Of a DNA stretch of 64,000 nt, positions 19,523-29,853 are shown piece by piece (the stretch's first letter is position 1; the number at the start of each line of letters is the position of its first letter). The DNA comes from Desulfobacterales bacterium (GTDB taxonomy: Bacteria; Desulfobacterota; Desulfobacteria; Desulfobacterales; UBA2174): assembly GCA_963668645.2 (NCBI GenBank), contig CAXXWC010000006.1, positions 1 to 64,000 of the forward strand. Reading direction: 5' to 3'. The translations under genes and the position numbers were made by a program. The notes beneath the pieces are model-generated. The model saw only the letters and a program-made list of their open reading frames with translations. It did no database searches and was not told where the DNA came from.

Positions 19523-22500
19523 ATGACGATTAAAGCCATCGACAAGCTGCGCCGGCGTCTGTCCCGGGCCATGGCCGATGAACGGGCCCGGGCCGGCAGG
19601 GAGCTGGCCCGGTTGCGGCGCCAGGCCGCAGCAGGAAAACCGGTGCCTGAAGCCCACCTTGAGGCCATTGACGGACGCCTCAAGGCCTCGGCCGCCCGCA
19701 AGGCCAGCCGCCGGGCCGCGCAGCCTCGCCCGGCCTACGATGCGGCCCTGCCCATCTGCGCCCACCGCGAGGCCATCATCGACGCCATCCGCCGCCACCC
19801 GGTGGTCATCGTGTCCGGGGAGACCGGCTCGGGCAAAACCACCCAACTGCCCAAGTTCTGCCTGGACGCCGGCCGGGGCATCGACGGGCTCATCGGCTGT
19901 ACCCAGCCGCGGCGCATCGCGGCCCTGACCGTGGCCCGGCGCATCGCCGAGGAGTTGGGCCAGCCCCTGGGCCAGGCCGTGGGCCACAAGATCCGCTTTT
20001 CCGACCGCACCGGCCCCGAGGCCTACATCAAGATCATGACCGACGGGATCCTGCTGGCCGAGGCCCAGAGCGACCGCAGCCTGTCGGCATACGACACCCT
20101 GATCGTGGACGAGGCCCACGAACGGAGCCTGAACATCGATTTCGCCCTGGGGCTGCTGCGCACCCTGCTCAAACGCCGCCGGGATCTGAAGCTGATCGTC
20201 ACCTCGGCTACCATCGATACCCGCAAATTCGCCGCGGCCTTCGGCAACGCTCCGGTTATCGAGGTTTCGGGCCGCACCTACCCGGTCACGGTACGCTGGG
20301 AGCCCCTGGAAAACGGGCCCGGCGATGAAGCGCCCACCTACGTGGAGGCCGCCGCGGCCGCGGTGGACCGCATCCGCCGCCGCGGGCCCTGGGGCGACGT
20401 GCTGGTCTTCATGCCCACCGAACAGGATATCCGCGACACCGTGGAGCTGCTGGAAGCCCGCCGCCGCGGTACCGAGACGATCCTGCCCCTCTTTGCCCGG
20501 CTGCCGGCCGCCGACCAGTTGCGGGTCTTTGCCCCGGGCGCCGGGCGCAAGATCATCGTGGCCACCAACGTGGCCGAGACCTCCATCACCATCCCCGGGA
20601 TCCGCTACGTGGTGGACACGGGTCTGGCGCGCATCTCCCGCTATTCGCCGCGCAGCCGCACCACGGCCCTGCCCGTGGCCCCCATCAGCCAGGCGAGCTG
20701 CGACCAGCGCGCCGGGCGCAGCGGCCGGGTGGCCGACGGGATCTGCATCCGCCTCTACAGCCAGGCGGACTACGAAAACCGCCCGCGCTTCACCGCCCCG
20801 GAGATCCAGCGCACCAACCTGGCCGAAGTCGTGTTGCGCATGATCGCCCTGCGCCTGGGAGATATCGCCGATTTCCCCTTCATCGACCGGCCGGCGGACA
20901 AAAGCATCCGCGACGGGATCCAGCTCCTCGAAGAGCTGGGGGCCGTGGAAGCGGCCAAAAAACCCACGGCGGCCGATGCGGCCCTGGGCAGCCGCAACCT
21001 GCGCCTGACCGACTGCGGCCGCCAGATGGCCCGCATGCCCCTGGATCCCCGGCTGGCAAGGATGCTCATCGAGGCCCGCCGGCACGGTTGCGCCGCCGAA
21101 ATCACGATCATCGCCGCGGCCCTGAGCATCGCCGACGTGCGTGAACGGCCGGCGGAAAAAGCGGCCGCCGCCGATCAGGCCCATGCCGCCTTTGCCGATC
21201 CGGGATCGGATTTTGCCACTCTAATCAACATCTGGCAGGCCTACCAGAGCGCTCTGACCACCGAGGGCCGTTCCGGGCGTCTCAAGCGCTGGGCCCAGCG
21301 CCAATTTCTTTCCAACCGCCGGCTGCGCGAATGGCGCGACATCCACGGCCAGCTCAACGCCGTGCTGGCCGAACTGGAGGCCGACGGCCATATGGACGCA
21401 CCCACCGGCCATTCCAACGAGGGCCCTGACCTGCAGTCCGCCGTCCACCAATCCGTCCTGGCAGGATTTCTGGGCAACATCGCCCAGCGCCGGGACAAGA
21501 ACATCTACCAGGCCACCCGGGGGCGCGAAGTGATGGTCTTTCCCGGCTCGGGGCTCTTCAACCGCGCCGGGGCCTGGATCGTGGCCGCCGAGATGGTGGA
21601 GACCTCGCGTCTCTTTGCCCGCACCGTGGCCACCGTCCAGCCCGAGTGGATCGAAGCCGTGGGGGGAGCTTTGTGCCGCCACACCTATATCGACCCGCGC
21701 TGGGAGCGGCGCCGCGGCGAGGTGGTGGCCGACGAACAGGTATCGCTCTTCGGCCTGGTCATCGTTGCCCGCCGCCCGGTCTCCTACGGTCCTATCGACC
21801 CGGATACGGCTTCGCAGATCTTCATCCGCAGCGCCCTGGTGGAAGGCGACCTGCGCCAGCCCCTGCCCTTCATGCTCCACAACCGGGAATTGATGGACGG
21901 ACTGCGGGCCGAGGAAGACAAGATCCGGCGCCGGGACATCCTGGTTTCCCCCGAGGACGTATTCCAGTTCTACCACGAACGGCTGCCGGTCATCTGGGAC
22001 CTGCGCAGCCTCAAACGCCATCTGAAAACCAAAGGCGACAGCCACCTGCGCATGAACGAAACCGATCTGCGCCGCTACAATCCGTCCGAGGACGAACTGG
22101 CGGCCTACCCGGACCGGATCCGACTCGGGTCGACCCCCCTGGAGTGCGCCTACCGCTTCGATCCGGGCAGCCGCGAGGACGGGATCACCGTGCGGGTCCC
22201 CTCGGCCCTGGCGGCCACCGTACCGGCCCCGGCCCTCGATTGGCTGGTGCCGGGACTGCTGGGCGAAAAGATCGAAGCCCTGATTCGCGCCCTGCCCAAG
22301 GTCTACCGCCGCCGCCTGGTGCCGGTGGCCCGGACCGTGGCCGCCATAGTCGAAGATCTGCCCGCAAAGAGCGAAGAACCGCTGATCACCGTGCTGGGAC
22401 GCATCGTCAACCGCCGCTTCGGTCTCGAGATCCCGGCCGCCGCCTGGTCCCTGGAAGCCCTGCCCGACCACCTGAAGGCCCGCATCGCGGTCACCGGCCC

Positions 22501-23494
22501 GGACGGCCGGGAGATCGCCGCCGGCCGGGACCCTGCCGTTTTGCGCCATGCACCGGCACCGGCCCCCGATCTGCGGCCTCTGGAAAAACTGCGCCGCCGC
22601 TGGGAGCGTGAAGATGTGCAGCAGTGGGACTTCGGCGATCTGCCCGAGGCGATCCCGGTCAAAATCCCCCGGGCGCCCGACTGGGCCGTCTATCCGGCCT
22701 TGGTCTGCGAAAAGGAGGGGCGTATCGCCTTGCGCCTGCTCCAGGATGCCGTCGAGGCCGCAGCGGCCCACCGAAAAGCGGTGGCCTCACTCTACATCCG
22801 CCGCCTGGGACCCGACCTGCGCCGCTTGAGCCGCCATCTGGCCCTGCCGGCTGAAAAGCGGCGCCTGGCCGATTATTTCGGCGGGGCCACGATCCTGGCC
22901 GAAACCCTCTTCGACCGCCTGGTGGAAGATCATCTGGCCCGCAACATCCGCACGGCGGCCAATTTCGAAGCCCACGCGGTCCGGCTGGCCGGCGACCTGT
23001 TTCCCGCCGGTCAGCGCCTGCTGGAAAAGACCCTGGCCGTGATCGAGGCGGTGCATGCCGCGCGCCAGAAGATTTTCGACCTCGAACGCCAGTTCGGCGC
23101 CAACCCTGTTGTCGCCGCCTTTTTCGAGACCCGGCGCCGGGATCTGGTCCGCCTGGTCCCTGACCATTTTGCCACGCTCTACGACGCGGCACGCCTCGAT
23201 CACCTGCCGCGTTACGTGCACGCCCTGACCCTGCGGGCCGAACGGGCGGCTCTGGATTTCGAAAAGGACCGGCGCAAGGCCGAAGCCGCCGCCCCTTTCG
23301 AAGCCCGGCTCAACACCTGGCTCGAAGGTCTCGGCCCGGCCACCAGCGCCGCCAAACGAAAGGCGGTGGAGGACTATTTCTGGCTCCTGGAAGAATTCAA
23401 GGTCTCGCTCTTTGCCCAGGAACTGGGCACGGCCGTGCCAGTCTCTGCCAAACGGCTGGAAAAACTGGCCGCCGAGATCGAGCGTTCGGCTTAA
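19523..23494 (+). CDS. hrpA: ATP-dependent RNA helicase HrpA
   Basis: GETGSGKTTQLP, DEAH, SAT, ATNVAETSITIPG, QRAGRSGR, C-terminal WLLEEFKVSLFAQELGT. Confidence 0.96.
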   Translation: MTIKAIDKLRRRLSRAMADERARAGRELARLRRQAAAGKPVPEAHLEAIDGRLKASAARKASRRAAQPRPAYDAALPICAHREAIIDAIRRHPVVIVSGETGSGKTTQLPKFCLDAGRGIDGLIGCTQPRRIAALTVARRIAEELGQPLGQAVGHKIRFSDRTGPEAYIKIMTDGILLAEAQSDRSLSAYDTLIVDEAHERSLNIDFALGLLRTLLKRRRDLKLIVTSATIDTRKFAAAFGNAPVIEVSGRTYPVTVRWEPLENGPGDEAPTYVEAAAAAVDRIRRRGPWGDVLVFMPTEQDIRDTVELLEARRRGTETILPLFARLPAADQLRVFAPGAGRKIIVATNVAETSITIPGIRYVVDTGLARISRYSPRSRTTALPVAPISQASCDQRAGRSGRVADGICIRLYSQADYENRPRFTAPEIQRTNLAEVVLRMIALRLGDIADFPFIDRPADKSIRDGIQLLEELGAVEAAKKPTAADAALGSRNLRLTDCGRQMARMPLDPRLARMLIEARRHGCAAEITIIAAALSIADVRERPAEKAAAADQAHAAFADPGSDFATLINIWQAYQSALTTEGRSGRLKRWAQRQFLSNRRLREWRDIHGQLNAVLAELEADGHMDAPTGHSNEGPDLQSAVHQSVLAGFLGNIAQRRDKNIYQATRGREVMVFPGSGLFNRAGAWIVAAEMVETSRLFARTVATVQPEWIEAVGGALCRHTYIDPRWERRRGEVVADEQVSLFGLVIVARRPVSYGPIDPDTASQIFIRSALVEGDLRQPLPFMLHNRELMDGLRAEEDKIRRRDILVSPEDVFQFYHERLPVIWDLRSLKRHLKTKGDSHLRMNETDLRRYNPSEDELAAYPDRIRLGSTPLECAYRFDPGSREDGITVRVPSALAATVPAPALDWLVPGLLGEKIEALIRALPKVYRRRLVPVARTVAAIVEDLPAKSEEPLITVLGRIVNRRFGLEIPAAAWSLEALPDHLKARIAVTGPDGREIAAGRDPAVLRHAPAPAPDLRPLEKLRRRWEREDVQQWDFGDLPEAIPVKIPRAPDWAVYPALVCEKEGRIALRLLQDAVEAAAAHRKAVASLYIRRLGPDLRRLSRHLALPAEKRRLADYFGGATILAETLFDRLVEDHLARNIRTAANFEAHAVRLAGDLFPAGQRLLEKTLAVIEAVHAARQKIFDLERQFGANPVVAAFFETRRRDLVRLVPDHFATLYDAARLDHLPRYVHALTLRAERAALDFEKDRRKAEAAAPFEARLNTWLEGLGPATSAAKRKAVEDYFWLLEEFKVSLFAQELGTAVPVSAKRLEKLAAEIERSA

Positions 23495-23550
23495 AGGCCG
23501 GCCTGACGGTGGTGACCAACAATGAAAAAGAATTTCTGCGGGTACCGGGT

Positions 23551-24465
23551 CTAAAGATTCAAAATTGGGTTGGATGGATCTGCCGCGGCCTGCTGCCGGG
23601 TGTACTTGACCGCCAGGGCCTCGACCGCCAGGGCCTCTTTTTCCCGGCCGCGGCGCCGGCATCCCTGGGCATAGATCGCGCACTTGGCCGCCAGCACCCG
23701 CAAGGCGGCCTGCCGCTGGGCCGCGTCGAGAAGACCGGCATCGAGCAGCTTGGCGATGGCCCGGATCCGGTAACGGTCCAGGCCGGGCTGGCGCGAGAGC
23801 TGATCCGGGTGCCCGCCGCACTTGACCACCAGCGGCGCGTCGATCAGCCCCACCGGGTGGCGGCAGCCGACTCTCAGCCACAGGTCGTAGTCCTCGCAGG
23901 CGGGAAGATCCTCGTCAAAACCGCCGGCAGCCTCGAAAAACCCCCGCCGCAGCATCACCGCCGAAGGGCTCACCAGGCAAAGCTCCAGACTGCGCTCGAA
24001 AAAGATCCCGGCCGCCTTGCGGTGGCGCCGTCGCGGATTGACCCGCCGGCCGTCGCGGATCCAGATCTCCTCGGTCTGGCAGATCCCCAGCTCCGGGTGG
24101 GCGTCCATGAAAGCCACCTGGGCGCTCAGCTTGCCGGGCAGCCACAGGTCGTCCGAATCGAGAAAGGCGATCAGCGCGCCGTGGCCGGCCGCCACCCCGC
24201 GGTTGCGGGCCGCCGAAACCCCGCGGTTTTCCTGGCGGATCACCGTAATCCGGCTCCCGTAACCGGCCAAGACCTCGCCGGTGCCATCGCTGGATCCGTC
24301 GTCCACCACGATCAGCTCGAAGGCCACGCCCTCCTGGGCCAGCACCGAGTCCACGGCCTCGGCCACCAGGGCGGCCCGGTCGAAGGTCGGTATGATTACA
24401 CTGACCCGGGGGATTAGCAGACTGTCAGGAGGGGGCGTCATGTCGGGATTCTGCTTGCGTGTCAT
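23551..24465 (-). CDS. Glycosyltransferase family 2
   Basis: VSVIIPTFDR, VVDDGSSD, GVSAARNRG, AFLDSDD, CEDYDLWLR. Start may be 24441. Confidence 0.9.
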   Translation of the reverse strand: MTRKQNPDMTPPPDSLLIPRVSVIIPTFDRAALVAEAVDSVLAQEGVAFELIVVDDGSSDGTGEVLAGYGSRITVIRQENRGVSAARNRGVAAGHGALIAFLDSDDLWLPGKLSAQVAFMDAHPELGICQTEEIWIRDGRRVNPRRRHRKAAGIFFERSLELCLVSPSAVMLRRGFFEAAGGFDEDLPACEDYDLWLRVGCRHPVGLIDAPLVVKCGGHPDQLSRQPGLDRYRIRAIAKLLDAGLLDAAQRQAALRVLAAKCAIYAQGCRRRGREKEALAVEALAVKYTRQQAAADPSNPILNL

Positions 24466-24539
24466 ATCTTACGTGGGCGTGGGTGAAATGGCGCGGCGGC
24501 CCGAAAGCCTGCTGACTTTCGTGGTTGGTACCAAAAAAG

Positions 24540-25382
24540 TCAATTCACTTTCTCACAGGACTTGCCTGCCGTGCCTCCCAAGATGCGGTTCGGAGTCGCG
24601 AGCCGCCTTTGAAAAGCCTTGGGGGCCAGGCCGAAAACGATTTTAAAGTCATGGTAAAAGGAGGAAACGGCTTCATAACCGGATTCGTAAGCGATCTGGA
24701 CCATCGGTTTTGACGAAGTGCCCAGGGCCACCGAGGCCTCCAGCACCCGCTGGAGCCGCAGATACGCGAAGACGGTCAGGTTGAGATCGGCCTTGAAACG
24801 CCTGGCCAGGTGCCGCTGGGAGCATGCAGCCGCCTGTGCGATCTCGGCCATGGTCACACGCCGGGCATAATGGTCTTCCATGAACCGCACCGCCCGGCGG
24901 GTTGCATCTTCTCCGGGGACCGGCAACCGGACCAGATCCGCCGGCGTCTTCAGGTCCTGGGCCATGATTTTCAAAAACAGGTCCAGGCATTCCTGGTTGA
25001 GGTTCAGGCCGAGGTCTGAGCGCTTCCGGATCTGAATGCGGTTGAAAAGGGCCGCCCCCAGTTCGCTGATACAGAAGATGACGATCCCCTCCGGGCCGGC
25101 GGGAAAAAGTTCCGGCGCCAGGTAGAGAGACCGGTATTTGGCCTTTTCTCCGATCACCAGAGAATGATGGGGTAAACCGGCCGGCAGGAAAGCGGCCATA
25201 TGACCGAACAGGGGCTGCTTTCGCGTCCGGTCCACCAGCAGGGTCACCCCGTCGGTCACGGTGAGCACTTGGTGGCAATCGTGAACATGAAGGTCCGGGG
25301 TCGAGTACGCCGCCATCCTTCCTGAGAGCGTCAGGGCCCGCCGCCCCCCGAAAAGAATATCGATCTGTTCAACGGCTGCCAT
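24540..25382 (-). CDS. AraC-family transcriptional regulator (cupin plus HTH)
   Basis: HVHDCHQ cupin; C-terminal IAYESGYEAVSSFYHDFKIVFGLAP; divergent from an aldo/keto reductase. Confidence 0.88.
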   Translation of the reverse strand: MAAVEQIDILFGGRRALTLSGRMAAYSTPDLHVHDCHQVLTVTDGVTLLVDRTRKQPLFGHMAAFLPAGLPHHSLVIGEKAKYRSLYLAPELFPAGPEGIVIFCISELGAALFNRIQIRKRSDLGLNLNQECLDLFLKIMAQDLKTPADLVRLPVPGEDATRRAVRFMEDHYARRVTMAEIAQAAACSQRHLARRFKADLNLTVFAYLRLQRVLEASVALGTSSKPMVQIAYESGYEAVSSFYHDFKIVFGLAPKAFQRRLATPNRILGGTAGKSCEKVN

Positions 25383-25588
25383 CCCCACCGGACCCCTTTT
25401 ATGCAACCCAGATAAAGGCCCTGGCCTGGACCGCCCGGAGCCGGCCAGCGACAATGTCTGAATATGATAATAAATAGTCTTTAATCCGGATGCAAGACAT
25501 CGCTTTTCCCGGTATGAAATCACCATCGACCGGGCCTTTGGCCCACCACAATTTTTCCTGCCAATCCGGCTTCACGAGGAGATCACAA

Positions 25589-26575
25589 ATGGAAAAACGG
25601 AGAATCGGTAAAAACGGCCCCCTGGTTTCCGCCATGGGACTCGGATGCATGGCCATGAGCGAGTTTTACGGACCGTCCGACGACCGGGCCTCCCGGCGGG
25701 TGATCCTTTCCGCCCTGGACCAGGGCATCACCCTGCTCGATACGGCGGACACGTACGGTCACGGGCACAACGAGGAACTGATCGCCGGGGCACTGAAGGA
25801 CTGGTCCGGGGAGGTGTTTGTCACCACCAAATTCGGGATCGTACGGGTCAAGGGGGAATACCGGCGGGCCCTCTGCGGCCGTCCCGACTACGTGCGCCAA
25901 TCGGCGGAAGGAAGTCTTCGAAGGCTCCAGCGGGAAGTGATCGATCTGTATTACATCCACCGCATCGACCCGGATATCCCCACCGAAGAGACCGTCGGGG
26001 CCATGGCCGACCTAGTCCGGGAGGGAAAGATCCGGTTCATCGGGCTCTCGGAGGCCTCCGCCGAAACCCTTCGCCGTGCACATGCGGTCCATCCCGTATC
26101 GGCCCTCCAATCCGAATACTCCCTGTGGACCCGTGACGTGGAGTCGGGCATCCTGGACGTGGCCCGGGAACTGGGGATTGCCCTCGTGGCCTACAGCCCT
26201 CTGAGCCGCGGCGCCCTTGCCGGACGCCTCGACGGCCACAGCATCGACAATGAAGGGGACTTCCGGCGCTTTCTGCCCCGATTTTCCGCGAAGAATTTCG
26301 AAGCCAACATGGCCAGGACGCAACACCTGGTCCGCCTGGCCCAGCACAAGGGGATTACGCCGGCCCAGGCCGCTCTGGCATGGCTGATGGCCAAAGGGGA
26401 CGACATCATCCCGATCCCCGGAACCCGCCGGGAGAAATACTTGCGGGAGAATATCCAGGCGGCCCGGGTGGAGTTGAGCGCCGAAGAGGTGGCCGTTCTC
26501 GATGCGGCCTTTGTTCCGGGGGCCATCTGCGGCGAGCGCTATACCGCCGAGGGGATGGCCGGTGTAAACCGCTAG
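25589..26575 (+). CDS. Aldo/keto reductase
   Basis: MGLGCMAMS, LDTADTYG, IDLYYIHRID, IGLSE, QSEYSLW, IPIPGT. Confidence 0.93.
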   Translation: MEKRRIGKNGPLVSAMGLGCMAMSEFYGPSDDRASRRVILSALDQGITLLDTADTYGHGHNEELIAGALKDWSGEVFVTTKFGIVRVKGEYRRALCGRPDYVRQSAEGSLRRLQREVIDLYYIHRIDPDIPTEETVGAMADLVREGKIRFIGLSEASAETLRRAHAVHPVSALQSEYSLWTRDVESGILDVARELGIALVAYSPLSRGALAGRLDGHSIDNEGDFRRFLPRFSAKNFEANMARTQHLVRLAQHKGITPAQAALAWLMAKGDDIIPIPGTRREKYLRENIQAARVELSAEEVAVLDAAFVPGAICGERYTAEGMAGVNR

Positions 26576-26957
26576 GTGAAAATCGATTTCCCCCCTGATA
26601 CCTGCTTGCCCACGACCTGATGAAGGCCAGATTAAATCGGCAAGCGCCTCCTTGAAACCGGTCCGGCCGCGGACAAGGCCGGACCGGTAAATTTCCTGCA
26701 TAACAAAAATGGCCTGGGCCGGTCGAGAGGCCGTCACAGCCTGTGGCGGAACCGAGCCCATGGCCCTGAGCCGTTGTTCGCGGCCGGGAAAAACGGTTTT
26801 TTCACGCCGGGCTCCATGTGAAAGCAAACCACATCTTACATATTTGAACAAAAAATCTGTCAAAAATACAATATTGCCGAAATTGGCACAGCAGGCACCT
26901 CTCCCCTGACACAATACATCCGCATAATATCAACAGGATATATGATGTATAGACATA

Positions 26958-26973
26958 TGGCACGTTGATTGCT
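26958..26973 (+). promoter_or_regulatory. Sigma-54 -24/-12 promoter for the amidohydrolase/ABC operon
   Basis: TGGCAC-GTTGA-TTGCT within an AT-rich intergenic region. Confidence 0.85.
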
Positions 26974-27259
26974 GAGCCATATGCCTGCAAGTCAAGACTG
27001 TGCTAGCGCTATTGTTTACGAGGATGAATTGGGCCGCCGCGTCCCGAAGAAAGGAAAACCAGGATCGAATTCTGAAATGAAATGATGGCCGCCATCGATC
27101 CGGTTGTCAACGGGACGGAGTAATCCGCAGGCGTTTTTACCTGCTGACCGAAAGTGCCTCCTCGCAGATCTTTTTGTCTGCCCGCCGAAGGTATCTCCTT
27201 CACCGACCATCGAACAGACCATCACCGGCGTACCATCACTTCCACCAAAAGGAGAAGAC

Positions 27260-28495
27260 ATGGAAACCATTGTTCTCACACATGCCGTCATCGTTGACGG
27301 GACAGGCGCGGAACCGATCGAAGACGGGACGATCGTCCTGGAAGGCGACCGCATCAAGGATGTGCTCGGCGGTTCCGCAGGACGGATACCGCAGGATGCG
27401 GCGGTCATCGACTGCGCCGGGCGGACCGTACTGCCGGGACTCATCGACGGGCACCTGCACATCAGTGCCTTCGAGGCCGATCTGATAGAGCTGAAAAGAA
27501 GGTATCACCCGTCCTACATAGCCGCCCGGACCCTGCAAGTGTTGAAGGGCATGCTGGACCGAGGGTTCACCACGGTAAGGGACTGCGGAGGAGCCGATCC
27601 GGGATTTCCCATGATCCAGGCCCAGGGGCTTTTCCCCTCGCCGCGCCTGGTGGTCTGCGGCAAGGGCCTTTCCCAGACCGGCGGTCACGGTGATTCCCGG
27701 CTGCCCACCGAAAGGTACGAGCCGGTGCCTTCGGCCATCGGAATGGGAGGGGTCGTGGTGGACGGGGTGGACAATTGTCGCAAAGCCGCCCGGGAACAGC
27801 TGCGATCCGGTGTGGATTTCATCAAGGTCATGGCCGGCGGCGGATGCATGTCTCCGGCCGACGAGATCGACACCACCCAGTACAGCCCGGAAGAGCTCAA
27901 GGCGATCGTTTTCGAAGCCCGGGCCGCGGGGACCTACGTGGCGGCCCACTGCTATTCCGACCAGAGCATCATCAATGCGGTGGAAGCCGGGATCCGGACC
28001 ATCGAACACGGAAACCTCGGCACGGACAAGGCGGCCCGGGCCATCAAGGATGCCGGCGCCTTTCTCGTTCCGACCATCGTCACCTACGAAGCCATGGGGG
28101 AAATGGGCAAGGAGCTGGGAATTCCGGAAGTGAACCTGAAAAAGATGATCCAGGCCAGGGATGCGGGGATGAATGCGCTGGCCCAGGCCCACGCGGCAGG
28201 ATGCCGCATCGCCTCGGGCAGTGATGCTTTGGGTCCCATGCAGCTTCTCATGGCACGGGAGCTGGAGATCCAGGCCCGCGTCATGGGGCCCATGGGCGCC
28301 ATCGTGGCCGCCACCAAGACCAACGCCGAACTGCTGCGCAAACAGGACGACCTGGGGACCCTGGAGCCGGGAAAGCTGGCCGATCTTATCGTGGTGGACG
28401 GAGATCCGCTGAAGGATATCACCCTGCTCCAGGACCATGAGCAGAAGATTGCCCTGATCATGCAGGGGGGCGGCATTTACAAGAACATATTCTGA
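27260..28495 (+). CDS. Metal-dependent amidohydrolase (Xaa-Pro dipeptidase-like), copy 1
   Basis: PGLIDGHLH, GFTTVRDCGG, IKVMAGGG, AAHCY, IEHGN, GSD, GKLADLIVVDGDPL. Confidence 0.9.
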   Translation: METIVLTHAVIVDGTGAEPIEDGTIVLEGDRIKDVLGGSAGRIPQDAAVIDCAGRTVLPGLIDGHLHISAFEADLIELKRRYHPSYIAARTLQVLKGMLDRGFTTVRDCGGADPGFPMIQAQGLFPSPRLVVCGKGLSQTGGHGDSRLPTERYEPVPSAIGMGGVVVDGVDNCRKAAREQLRSGVDFIKVMAGGGCMSPADEIDTTQYSPEELKAIVFEARAAGTYVAAHCYSDQSIINAVEAGIRTIEHGNLGTDKAARAIKDAGAFLVPTIVTYEAMGEMGKELGIPEVNLKKMIQARDAGMNALAQAHAAGCRIASGSDALGPMQLLMARELEIQARVMGPMGAIVAATKTNAELLRKQDDLGTLEPGKLADLIVVDGDPLKDITLLQDHEQKIALIMQGGGIYKNIF

Positions 28496-28568
28496 AAGCC
28501 CCGGGCAGGTGAGCGCTTGCGGGCCAACGGTTTCCCCGCAAGCGCACGTTCCAACCATGGAGAATGAG

Positions 28569-29813
28569 ATGCAAACCGAAACACTCGTTTTGAAAAACGC
28601 GACCATCATAGACGGAACCGGTTGCGATCCCCTTGGTGACGGATGGGTCGTGGTGCAAGGCGACCGCATCCGGGAGATGGGAACCGGCACTCCGGGAGCG
28701 CTTCCGCCCGGCGCCACCCAGATCGATTGCAAGGGGGGAACCCTTTTACCCGGGCTCATCGATGCCCACGTACACATGGGCGCCGTGGAGGCCGACCTGG
28801 TGGAGCAGCAACGACGTAACAGCTTTTCCATGCTGGTCATCCGTTCCCTCGGAATCCTGAAAGACACGCTGGATCAGGGTTTTACCACCGTCCGCGACTG
28901 CGGCGGGATCGATCCGGGATTCCGCCAGGCGGTGGACCAGGGGCTGATCCCCGGCCCCCGGCTTTTGGTTTGCGGCGCCCCGCTTTCACAGACCGGAGGC
29001 CACGGCGATTTCCGCCTGGCCACCGAAAAGCAGGCGCCGGCCGCCTTCCACACCGGCCTTCACTGCCAGGTGTGCGACGGCGTGGATGAGGTGCGCCGCG
29101 CTGCCCGCGAACAGCTCCGCCAGGGGGTCGACCACATCAAGGTGATGGCCGGAGGCGGTGCCATGTCCCCGGCCGACAAGATCGACACCTGCCAATACAG
29201 CCTCGACGAATTGCGGGCGGCGAATTTCGAGGCCCGGGCCGCGGGCACGTACGTCGCCGCCCACGTCTATTCGGTGCGGGGGATAAAAAACTGCATCGCC
29301 GCGGGCATCCGCTCCATCGAGCACGGCAACCTGCTGGACGAGGCCGCCGCTGCCGCAATGGCCGTGGCGGGAGCCTTTCTCGTGCCCACCATGAGCACCT
29401 ATGAAATCATTCCCCGGATGGCGGACCGGCTGGGGATCCCTGCGGTCTACGTGGACAAGATCGTCCAGTGCCGGGATCAGAGCATGAACGCACTGCGCAT
29501 CGCCAGCAAGGCGGGCGTGAAAATCGCCTCGGGCAGCGATCTTCTCGGCCCCATGCAGGTCTACAAGGCGGTGGAGCTGGAGTTGAAAGCCAAAGTCCTC
29601 TCTCCCATGGGCGCCATCGTGGCCACCACCCGGACCAACGCCGAGCTGCTGCACCGGGAAGAGGATCTGGGAACCGTGGCGCCCGGAAAGTTGGCCGACC
29701 TCATCGTGGTGGATGGGGATCCCCTAAAAGACATCTCCCTGTTCCAGCGCTACCAAGAAAAAATCCCTCTCATCGTAAAGGGGGGCGTCGTCTACAAGAA
29801 CACCTTACTTTAA
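28569..29813 (+). CDS. Metal-dependent amidohydrolase (Xaa-Pro dipeptidase-like), copy 2
   Basis: Same motifs as copy 1 (DAHVH, IKVMAGGG, AAHVY, IEHGN, GSD). Confidence 0.9.
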   Translation: MQTETLVLKNATIIDGTGCDPLGDGWVVVQGDRIREMGTGTPGALPPGATQIDCKGGTLLPGLIDAHVHMGAVEADLVEQQRRNSFSMLVIRSLGILKDTLDQGFTTVRDCGGIDPGFRQAVDQGLIPGPRLLVCGAPLSQTGGHGDFRLATEKQAPAAFHTGLHCQVCDGVDEVRRAAREQLRQGVDHIKVMAGGGAMSPADKIDTCQYSLDELRAANFEARAAGTYVAAHVYSVRGIKNCIAAGIRSIEHGNLLDEAAAAAMAVAGAFLVPTMSTYEIIPRMADRLGIPAVYVDKIVQCRDQSMNALRIASKAGVKIASGSDLLGPMQVYKAVELELKAKVLSPMGAIVATTRTNAELLHREEDLGTVAPGKLADLIVVDGDPLKDISLFQRYQEKIPLIVKGGVVYKNTLL

Positions 29814-29853
29814 GGCCCTTTAACAACTTAATCGATTGAAAGGAGTACACCCC

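Noticed and set aside
26657..26688. Hairpin ACCGGTCCGGCC...GGCCGGACCGGT after the aldo/keto reductase
   Set aside because: Single copy and most simply an ordinary transcript-end stem-loop; no evidence for a repeat family
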